54,670 bases of DNA from Acidobacteriota bacterium (lineage in GTDB: Bacteria > Acidobacteriota > UBA6911 > RPQK01 > JBHHYX01): assembly GCA_046757765.1 (NCBI GenBank), contig JBHHYX010000001.1, positions 1 to 54,670 on the forward strand. Reading direction: 5' to 3'. The notes under the pieces were generated by a model that did no database searches, was not told the DNA's origin, and saw only the letters and a list, made by a program, of their open reading frames with translations. Numbering within the stretch: position 1 is the stretch's first letter; the number at the start of each line of letters is the position of its first letter. Below are positions 1 to 10,624 of the stretch, in pieces. A program made the translations under genes and the position numbers.

Positions 1-802
<802 letters not shown>

Positions 803-917
803 ATTAACCTTGACGGGGGAGACGAGGATACGGTTCTGGATCGCGTCTGTTTCGGAACCGACACTGGTGGTCCCGTGAACATCGACCTTCGGCAGTGGCT
901 CCACCATCGTTCTGCCG

Positions 918-1892
918 TCACACCTCTTGTGGGACCCGGTTTTGTGGCAGGCCGCACTTTGCGAGGACATCTTCCAGGGCGGGAATGGAGGCCCGAACAC
1001 CATAGCGCGTGCAGGCCAGGGCTCCCGCCACATTGGCAAAACGCAGACACCGGTAGACACTCCAGTTCTGGAACAGACTGTAAATAAAGGCGCCATGAAA
1101 AACATCCCCGGCACCGCTGGTATCGACCGCGTTGACGCGGAAACCGGGAACCTCGATGATCTCGCCATCCCAAACTGCAGCGCAACCCTCCTTTCCCCGT
1201 GTGACGGCGAGAAATCCCGGCGTGATTTCCGCCACGTCGAGAAGGCAATCGCGCCACGATCGCCTGCGGGCGAACTGCTGTACGAAGTTGACACTGGGAA
1301 GGGCAAAATCAATCAGCCTCAGGAGTGCCTCGACCCCAGGCTGAGCCTTGTCGATGTCGATACAGACCTTCACTCCTCTTTCTCGTGCCCAGCGCGCGGC
1401 CTGGATGGCAGCCCCTTGGTCATGGCCGTCCAGGTGAAGAATCTGGGCGTCGATGACCCACTCCCTCTTCAACTCGCCGGGACCATAGTTGAGTCTCGAG
1501 TCCCGATCCCACAGTATGGTCCGTTCTCCTGTGGGCCGGTCGACCAGGATGATCGCAAATTGACTGGAGGCTCCTTCGATGGTCTCCACACAGGAGATGT
1601 CCATCGGTTCGGAGGCCAGGCTGTGGAGCGAAAAACGCCCAATGTCATCGTCCCCGACGCGACCGATATAACGCACGCTGAATCCCCACCGGCCACAGAG
1701 TGCCGACGCCGTGGCCACCTGTCCTCCGCCCAGCTTGCGGAGGCGGTCAATCTGAACCTTGGTGTTGTGGGAAGGATAGCGGGGAAGCTGGCAGATCCAG
1801 TCAACGGCGTTCAGGCCCAGACCGATCATCTGCCAGCGGCGATCTCGAGGCCAATCAATATTGAAGTAGACTTGATCGAGGTCGGTCATCAC
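918..1892 (-). CDS. PfkB-family carbohydrate (ribokinase-like) kinase
   Basis: 324-aa ORF with an N-terminal GG motif ([11 protein letters not shown]) and the C-terminal PfkB signature [16 protein letters not shown] start at 1892 or ATG at 1889. Confidence 0.85.
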   Translation of the reverse strand: MMTDLDQVYFNIDWPRDRRWQMIGLGLNAVDWICQLPRYPSHNTKVQIDRLRKLGGGQVATASALCGRWGFSVRYIGRVGDDDIGRFSLHSLASEPMDISCVETIEGASSQFAIILVDRPTGERTILWDRDSRLNYGPGELKREWVIDAQILHLDGHDQGAAIQAARWARERGVKVCIDIDKAQPGVEALLRLIDFALPSVNFVQQFARRRSWRDCLLDVAEITPGFLAVTRGKEGCAAVWDGEIIEVPGFRVNAVDTSGAGDVFHGAFIYSLFQNWSVYRCLRFANVAGALACTRYGVRASIPALEDVLAKCGLPQNRVPQEV

Positions 1893-1970
1893 TCAAGCTG
1901 GGAAATTCACCACCCCTTCAAGCGTCGACAGGCTCCTCTCGGGTCCGCCGGGCAGGGGTAACGTCCGGGA

Positions 1971-2633
1971 CTAAAGCATTCCCTGATCGGCAAAACTGAA
2001 ATAACTGCGCGCCCCAATAATAACATGGTCCAGGGGGCGAATCCCGACGATCCGACCGGCCTCGACCAGCCGGCGGGTGATTTGCACGTCTTCCCGGCTG
2101 GGCTGCGGATCGCCGCTGGGGTGATTGTGCACAAAGAGAACTCCAGCAGCCGCTTCCTGGATGGCAGGACGGTAAACCTCCCGGGGATGGGCCAGAGAGG
2201 AAGTCAACGAACCCTCCGAGATCCGAACCAGGCGGAGCATGCGGTTCTTCCCATCCAGGAGGACATTCCAGAAGCACTCCTTCTTCAAACCCTCGAATCG
2301 AGGCTGGAAATGCCGAAAGATCTCTACGCTGGAACGAAAGGTCTGGCCGGGAAGAAGAGAAGTACTTTGAATACGAGTGATCAGGGTGAAAGTGGCCAGG
2401 AGAGCGACGGCTCTCTTCCGTTCCAAGCCGCATCGGCGCAACTCCCGGTAGCCCGCTTGACGCAGGCGCTCCGCTGATCCTTGCATCCTGAGCAGGTTGT
2501 GGGCCTGGTGAAAGGCTCCCGCTTCAGAATTGCCGGGACCCAGAATCAGAGCCAGCAACTCCAAGTCGGAGAGTTCGTCCCAGGCGCTCTGGAAAAGGCG
2601 CCGGGCTGGCAGATAGTCGGGTAAGGAACTCAC
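1971..2633 (-). CDS. radC: RadC-family JAB/MPN-domain protein
   Basis: 220 aa. The C-terminal part carries the JAMM-like motif FVHNHPSGDPQPSREDVQITRRL. The N-terminal part is HhH-like (LSDLELLALILG). GTG start. Confidence 0.88.
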   Translation of the reverse strand: MSSLPDYLPARRLFQSAWDELSDLELLALILGPGNSEAGAFHQAHNLLRMQGSAERLRQAGYRELRRCGLERKRAVALLATFTLITRIQSTSLLPGQTFRSSVEIFRHFQPRFEGLKKECFWNVLLDGKNRMLRLVRISEGSLTSSLAHPREVYRPAIQEAAAGVLFVHNHPSGDPQPSREDVQITRRLVEAGRIVGIRPLDHVIIGARSYFSFADQGML

Positions 2634-2735
2634 AATCTTCCCTAACGACCGACTTTTGAAATCTGCGAGAATACGGCCACGCTGCCCTGAGCTGCTCAGC
2701 GCCGAATTCTGAGAGTTTTGCGGTGGGGTTGGGAA

Positions 2736-5098
<2,363 letters not shown>

Positions 5099-5228
5099 TG
5101 GGCTTCTGGCAGATCGACCTTCCTACACCTTTTTGCGATCAAGGTCGTTCTCAATCAACGGGCACAACCCCAACCACAGCTTAATTCCCTCCAGGCGCTC
5201 GCAAGAGCGAAGTCCAATAGACCCCTTT

Positions 5229-5349
5229 TAGCCCACCTTCTCACACTCAATCTACTCCGGCTGCAGAGAGGCTCCCGTCTGCTGCGTTCTCTTCCGCCCG
5301 GCTCCTCGACATAGAGTCCGGCGGGACTGCTGGGCCCTCGGTCGCAACG
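5229..5349 (+). repeat. R2 repeat family, long copy (a)
   Basis: TAGCCCACCTTCTCACACTCAATCTACTCC...CTCCTCGACATAG...GGGCCCTCGGTCGC aligns with the reverse complement of 6730-6840. Confidence 0.7.
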
Positions 5350-5424
5350 TCTTCTATTCACACGCGTTGGGAGTTAAGAGTTTCCACCGCCTCACTCCAA
5401 CCCCTCATGAGAACTGTGGGTTCA

Positions 5425-5625
5425 TTAAGACCTTTCCAGGTCTCGAATGCGTTCATGGGTCGGATCGGCGGAAGCGGGCTCCTGGCTCCGGCGCCTGACG
5501 TCACCGGCAATTTGCTCAACGACATCGATCGCCTTCAAGGCGGCTTCGAGCCGGGATCTCCGGGCTTGAAGCTGAGCAAGTTCTTTTTGGATTCTGGTCC
5601 GTAATTCGCTGGTTTCGACATTCAT
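5425..5625 (-). CDS. Small coiled-coil protein, paralog 1 of 3
   Basis: 66 aa, MNVETSELRTRIQKELAQLQARRSRLEAALKAIDVVEQIAGDV... A strong SD (GGAGGA) lies 6-7 nt upstream of the ATG. Paralogous to 5864..6079 and 37004..37384. Confidence 0.7.
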   Translation of the reverse strand: MNVETSELRTRIQKELAQLQARRSRLEAALKAIDVVEQIAGDVRRRSQEPASADPTHERIRDLERS

Positions 5626-5722
5626 CGTTCATCCTCCGAGCCAGTTTGGCTCAATCGGTCGAAATCTGCCCCCAAAATTACTTCTGAGCAGATCCGCTGT
5701 GACAAAACTGTGGCCATCGTCC

Positions 5723-5756
5723 CTAGCCCGCATTTCTCACACCCAATCTACTACGG
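5723..5756 (+). repeat. R2 repeat family, short copy (b)
   Basis: CTAGCCCGCATTTCTCACACCCAATCTACTACGG. Its first ~30 nt are nearly identical to the reverse complement of 6805-6840. Confidence 0.7.
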
Positions 5757-5863
5757 CGGCGGATATGCGCGCGTCTACTGCGGGGCACTCCCCCGTAACG
5801 CCTTTTCGGCGCCTCGCTTCCGGCGCCTCGCCACAACCCCTCAAGGCGTCGAGACGATCACCT

Positions 5864-6079
5864 TCAAGACCGCTCCGGCGAAAGGGTGGCGAGATGCGGT
5901 CCAGCCAACAGAGGGTCTGGGTTGGCACCTGGGCGTTCGGCCTGAGAATCAAAGCTGCGGGCGACTTCTTCCAGGACGTCAAGCGCCTTCAAGCTCTCCT
6001 CCAACCGGGACCGACGTTCCGCTATCCGTTGGATTTCTTTTTCGATCCTACTCTTCAACAGCTCAGTGTTCAGGTTCAT
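5864..6079 (-). CDS. Small coiled-coil protein, paralog 2 of 3
   Basis: ORF 5864..6112 trimmed to the ATG at 6079, which is preceded by AGGA. This gives MNLNTELLKSRIEKEIQRIAERRSRLEESLKALDVLEEVARSF... It ends in ...ERS, like paralog 1. Confidence 0.7.
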   Translation of the reverse strand: MNLNTELLKSRIEKEIQRIAERRSRLEESLKALDVLEEVARSFDSQAERPGANPDPLLAGPHLATLSPERS

Positions 6080-6729
6080 CGAACTCATCCTGTTTACGAA
6101 CCGGGTTAACAAGTCGGCCAGGCCAGGCCGATCCTCGACATGGGCCAGCTGAAATGGTGTCTGACCCAGCGCCTCCTGGCGGCCACCGTCTGCTGGAAGG
6201 AGATGAACCGCCGGGACCCCGGCTCACAGACTCAAGCGGCGGGATCTCCGCCTGATTACTGCTCTGAGAGTGCGGGCCAGCGGTTCACTTGCCTACCTTG
6301 GCCGTGTTCCCGAACTTTCTCCAAACCCAATTGGTCACCCGCGCGTCCCAAGCTCGGATCTCTCCAGCCGATCGTCCCCGCAAGTGATCGAGTCAAGGCC
6401 ACCGTCTTCTCGATTCAGGCAGCTTGCCGCTACCTGTCAGAGAGAGGAGGCAATCCTCATGCCCCTGTGGTCGTCTTTTCTCCTTTCGAGTTTTTGTTCT
6501 CGGTTCAATCTCACTTAGAAAACACGGGTTAGGGGAAAAGTAATTTCGGGAATTCAGCCTTGAATTCAGTCTCATGTCAAGCGGCCTGTAACAGGCTCTG
6601 GGTCGTCTGCTCCACTTTTTGGGTAACAAACTGCACCTGGCGAAAGGTTCATGGCTAACCGCCGCTTGGTTTCTCCGGCCCCCCGGATTTCCCTACCAAG
6701 CGGCGAAGGCGTCGGGCTGACAAGGCGCC

Positions 6730-6840
6730 GCGACCGAGGCCCCCGGAGGCGTAGTGGTGCACTACGTCGAGGAGGCCGAAGCGTCGGCGGGAATGGTTCC
6801 GGCTCTGCAAGTAGCTTGGGTGTGAGAAATGCGGGCTAGC
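6730..6840 (-). repeat. R2 repeat family, long copy (c), abutting the stop codon of the 1159-aa gene
   Basis: The reverse complement reads CTAGCCCGCATTTCTCACACCCAAGCTACTTGCAGAGCC...CCTCCTCGACGTAGTGCACCACTACGCCTCCGGGGGCCTCGGTCGC. It contains the hairpin GTAGTG-CAC-CACTAC. Confidence 0.75.
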
Positions 6841-6841
6841 G

Positions 6842-9800
6842 TCACCGTTGCGCCGGCAGGACCTTGACGGCGATGAGCGACCAGTCGTCCGCTCCCTCGA
6901 ATGTGCCATTGACCGGCGCACCTAAAGCCGGCGTTGCGGTGAAGTCCTGCAGTGTGAGCCACACCTCGTTCGGTCCAATGGAGCTACCAACCCTGGCGCG
7001 CCTCACGTATCCAGGACCCGGTCTGTGCTCGTGACCCCGCGACGTAACAGCCGTAAACAGAAGAGAACGACCCTGGTGCCCCGATAAGTCCATCGAATAC
7101 CCTGTACTGTCCACTCCCCCGGAGCACGCCCCGTCTATTCCGTTCGTGTTGGCCCAAAACTGAACGCCAACGGAAGGGCCGCCGGCCTTTGCCCCGGAGT
7201 ATCGGACTACGGCAATCACCGCATTCCGGGGGGCGGCTGACAGCAAGGCTGTCACTTTCCCGCTTCGCTCTGGCAGTCCCAGGCCACGCCACAAGGAGAG
7301 ACGGGTCTGGTTGCGACCGGAACAACCGGCGCTCACCCTCAACCAGGTCATTCCGAGACCGGAGACCTTGTTCACCTGGAAGCTTCCCGTCGTAGCGACC
7401 GCGGCCAGGTAGAGTTGTCGTCGGGCACCCGTGACCCCGGCCGAAGTGGTGACAACGGGGACTCCCGATGAGCGCCCAGTTTGAGATTCTTCAAAGACGA
7501 GTTCCTTCGTCAGGGGTTCAAATAGAGCCACAACGTTTTTATCCGAATCCATCATGAGGGTGGCGGGATTGCTCGCGGCGTTGATATCGCCACCCCAACC
7601 GCCAAATGCAAAGCCAGTAGCAGGGGTCGCCGTAAGGGTGACCACCGTCCCCGCCGCATAAACCCCTCCCGGCGGAGAAATCGCGACACTGCCGGAACCA
7701 GACGTAGTGAGACTGAGCGTGAACCCCGGCGTGAAGGTGGCCGTCACGCTCTTATCAGCGTCCATCGTGAGTGTCGCCGGGTTGGTGGAGCCGCTCAGGT
7801 CCCCGCCCCACCCGCTAAAGACGAAACCTGCGGCGGCAGTGGCGGTCAGGGTGACTACAGTGCCTTCATCATAAGAGCCTCCCGAGGGGTTGAGACCCAC
7901 AGTGCCCGAGCCCGACAGAGTGACCGACAGGGTGTGGCGTGGAAGGGCAACCGGGCTGGAAAGAATCTCGGCGGCGATAACGGCCCAGTCCACGCTTGCG
8001 CTGAAGGAACCGTTGACGGGCTGCACCGCGACCAGGGGGACTGGCTGGTCTTGCAGGGCGACAGAGGCGACAGATCCGCCAACACCTTGCTGAACCTCCA
8101 CTCGTTCTGTGAAGCCCGCGCCGGGAGAATGCATTTTATTCCGCATGGCCACCGCAGCAAAGACCAGTGAATCATCGGCGCTGGTGGAGAGATCAAAAGA
8201 ATAGGAAGCGCTGTCGGTTCCGCCCGAACAGAACCCACCTGTCCCCGTGGTATTGCCGGAAATTACGTTCCCGATCGGCACGCCACCGCTTGCCCCAGAG
8301 TATCGTGACACTGCGATGACGGCGTTGTCCGCAACGCCCGCCAGGGTTGCCGTCACGTTCCCATTCCCACTCGGAAAGCCTTGCGCTTGCCAGAGGACGA
8401 CTCCAGTTTGATTGCGACCGGAGCATTGTTCTCCTACCGCGGTCCAGCTCAAACCAAGCCCGGACACCGCCACCACCGACTGGTGAGGTTTGGCTGAAAT
8501 CACCGCCAGATACAGATGGTCGGCGGCAGCTACAACATCTGCGGCAGTAGTCACGCCGCTGGATGCGGAGGAAGCACCGGTTTGAACCTCTTCGAAGGCC
8601 ACCGAGGCGCCCAACGGCGCAAAAGTGGCAATCAGGCTGGTATCGGAACGAATCGTCAGGAAGAAGGTGGGGGCGGTCGAGCTGACGTCTCCGCTCCAAC
8701 CCACAAACTCGGCGCCGGGATCAGGTTGGGCCGTCAGGGTAACCACAGTGCCATCTTCGTAGACACCCCCCGGGGGACTCAAACTGACGCTACCCGGTCC
8801 CACGACACTCACCATCAAACTGAATTGTCCGGCTGGGAGCTGGCTGAAAGTGGCGGTGACGCTCTTATCCGAGTCCATTGTGATGGTGGCGGGATTGTCG
8901 AAGCCGGCCAGGTCGCCGCTCCAGGCGCTAAACTCGAAACCGGGGGAGGGCAATGCGGTCAGGGAGACCAGGGTACCCTCCACGTATTCACCGCCCGGCG
9001 GACTCAAATCGACGGTGCCCAAACCCATCGTCTGGACCAGCAGGGTGTGAACGGGTGCCAGGGAAATGTGGTTATGAAGGTAGTATCGACTGGCCTGATC
9101 GCTTGCCAGGACCACCAGACCGCTGGCCAAACCCAGGTTCTGCTTGGTGGAGGTGGCATTGTTGATTTTGGCGTCAAGAGAGCTCTGAATGAAAGGTTGT
9201 CCCAGACCCGATTCGAAATTGATATTGTCGACAGGCGTGCTCTTGAAGTAAATGGCTCCGCCTGACTCGGGGGTGGTGGCAAACACGAACAAGTCATTGT
9301 TGTCCTCGTCGATCAAGACGATGGGCCGGGTATGGTGATCTCTTACAAGGCCGAAAACGTGTCCCAACCAGGAGCCGTCTGGATCGCGCGCCAAGATCAA
9401 GACAAGGGGATCGTCTGAAGCGCTGAGGCTCGTTTTGATGGCCGCAAAAACACGCCCTGTTCCGTCCGTCAACATGGACTTGAGACTAATGTGATCGTCC
9501 GAGGAGGCTCCAGGATCCGGCCCTGGCACGGCGATTGTCGTCACTCCCCACACTTGGTCGCTGTCTCCATCGTGATGCACGGCGAAGTGAAACTTCTTCA
9601 GTTTCTGGTTGCTCCACATGACACCGATCTTGTTGATGCCAAAAGAGATGATGGAAGAGATATCGTCGCTGGTAACGTCTGTGTTCACCACCGGAATCAC
9701 AAACGGCTGGCCCCAGTCCAGATCGCTGGATAGACTATGGTTGACCATCACCTGGCTATTCTCCACATAGGTGACCCAGAGCAGTCCCGTCGAATCCTTG

Positions 9801-10321
9801 GCGACGACCAGCGTCTCGGACTTCCCCCCTGTTACTTCTATTGGAAAGCCCGTATCCAACCCGTAGGAACGGGTCATGCTTTGATAGCTGAAGCGGTACA
9901 GTCTTCCCCACTGGGAAGGACTCGTGGACGGTTGGGCATTTTTTGTGAACACATGGGAGACGATGTAGAGCTTTTGTGTGGTCCCCTCCCAAAGCGCGTC
10001 CGCCAGGCTGTTGCTGCGATCGTCGACAGCGGTTCCCGTGTCAATCCAACACTGCGTCGACGGGTCCAGTTGATAGATGTGATAGCTCTGGGCCGCGTCA
10101 CTGTAAAGACTGCCCCACCAGTATCCGTCGTTGAACCAGAGTTTGCTCTCCGGTTTCTCCCCGGTTGGAGTGGAGAGACTGTCAGAACCATATGAAAAGT
10201 CTCGGTAGCCGGCTTCAGCGGGCGACGAGGGACTGACTCCAGACATCTGAAGAACGCCCGCCAAGAGGGCCGCCATCCCCCTGATCAGGCTCTGGTGCAG
10301 GAGAAAACGGGGAAGGCGCAA
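6842..10321 (-). CDS. Very large secreted protein: N-terminal beta-propeller/sialidase-like region followed by [2 x InlB-B-repeat-like ~75-aa modules + ~190-aa unknown domain] x 2
   Basis: The ORF runs to 10468. The proposed start is TTG at 10321 (MRLPRF...MAALLAGVLQMSGVSPSSPAEA, signal-like). An alternative is ATG at 10276. Four repeats of the type GSGTV.LSPPGG.Y..GTVVTLTA.P..GF.F.GW.GD......NPAT..MD.DKSVTATF were read directly. Two paralogous ~190-aa domains each contain ...LYLA....SGLG(L/M).W..V....SGRNQT....W... Confidence 0.8.
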   Translation of the reverse strand: MRLPRFLLHQSLIRGMAALLAGVLQMSGVSPSSPAEAGYRDFSYGSDSLSTPTGEKPESKLWFNDGYWWGSLYSDAAQSYHIYQLDPSTQCWIDTGTAVDDRSNSLADALWEGTTQKLYIVSHVFTKNAQPSTSPSQWGRLYRFSYQSMTRSYGLDTGFPIEVTGGKSETLVVAKDSTGLLWVTYVENSQVMVNHSLSSDLDWGQPFVIPVVNTDVTSDDISSIISFGINKIGVMWSNQKLKKFHFAVHHDGDSDQVWGVTTIAVPGPDPGASSDDHISLKSMLTDGTGRVFAAIKTSLSASDDPLVLILARDPDGSWLGHVFGLVRDHHTRPIVLIDEDNNDLFVFATTPESGGAIYFKSTPVDNINFESGLGQPFIQSSLDAKINNATSTKQNLGLASGLVVLASDQASRYYLHNHISLAPVHTLLVQTMGLGTVDLSPPGGEYVEGTLVSLTALPSPGFEFSAWSGDLAGFDNPATITMDSDKSVTATFSQLPAGQFSLMVSVVGPGSVSLSPPGGVYEDGTVVTLTAQPDPGAEFVGWSGDVSSTAPTFFLTIRSDTSLIATFAPLGASVAFEEVQTGASSASSGVTTAADVVAAADHLYLAVISAKPHQSVVAVSGLGLSWTAVGEQCSGRNQTGVVLWQAQGFPSGNGNVTATLAGVADNAVIAVSRYSGASGGVPIGNVISGNTTGTGGFCSGGTDSASYSFDLSTSADDSLVFAAVAMRNKMHSPGAGFTERVEVQQGVGGSVASVALQDQPVPLVAVQPVNGSFSASVDWAVIAAEILSSPVALPRHTLSVTLSGSGTVGLNPSGGSYDEGTVVTLTATAAAGFVFSGWGGDLSGSTNPATLTMDADKSVTATFTPGFTLSLTTSGSGSVAISPPGGVYAAGTVVTLTATPATGFAFGGWGGDINAASNPATLMMDSDKNVVALFEPLTKELVFEESQTGRSSGVPVVTTSAGVTGARRQLYLAAVATTGSFQVNKVSGLGMTWLRVSAGCSGRNQTRLSLWRGLGLPERSGKVTALLSAAPRNAVIAVVRYSGAKAGGPSVGVQFWANTNGIDGACSGGVDSTGYSMDLSGHQGRSLLFTAVTSRGHEHRPGPGYVRRARVGSSIGPNEVWLTLQDFTATPALGAPVNGTFEGADDWSLIAVKVLPAQR

Positions 10322-10574
10322 ATGCTGCGGAAGTCCAGGTCCTGTCTCAGGCCTCGAGAGTGACCCCCTCTCAGACCTTCTCTCTTCCTCGGTGCTTCTC
10401 TCGGACAACAAGTATGTCCCTCCCTGGGCGGAATGGGATCCCGGGCGAACCCGAGTTGTTGGCAGCATCTTGGACCTCCGACGACCTCGCGTTCGAGCCG
10501 GTTGGCTAGCCCGGACTATTCACCAGCTTTCTGCTGCGGCGCCGTTATCATCCGCGCTGACTGCGTTGCCCACC

Positions 10575-10624
10575 CTCGACCTCCTCAACGTAATGCACGA
10601 CTACGCCTCCGGGGGCCTCGGTGG
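10575..10624 (+). repeat. R2 repeat family, partial copy (d), inverted relative to copy c
   Basis: CTCGACCTCCTCAACGTAATGCACGACTACGCCTCCGGGGGCCTCGGT matches the reverse complement of 6733-6778 with a few mismatches. It lies between the 1159-aa gene start and the ATP-grasp gene stop. Confidence 0.7.

Noticed and set aside
5702-5716. Minus-strand TGGCCACAGTTTTGT, ~77 nt upstream of small coiled-coil gene 1, considered as a sigma54 promoter.
   Set aside because: The spacing fits, but the invariant -12 GC is GT and the -24 box is TGGCCA. It is too weak to call without experimental support.
6140-6629. ORFs 6140..6532 (+), 6270..6518 (+) and 6393..6629 (-) in the long spacer.
   Set aside because: They have no SD and their composition is Arg/Ser/Pro-rich. 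They overlap each other on both strands, so the region is treated as non-coding.
6842-10321. Diversity-generating retroelement or variable-region system, suggested by internal repeats in the large secreted protein.
   Set aside because: No reverse transcriptase is in the window. No template-repeat/variable-repeat pair with adenine-specific mismatches is present. The repeats are diverged protein-domain duplications.
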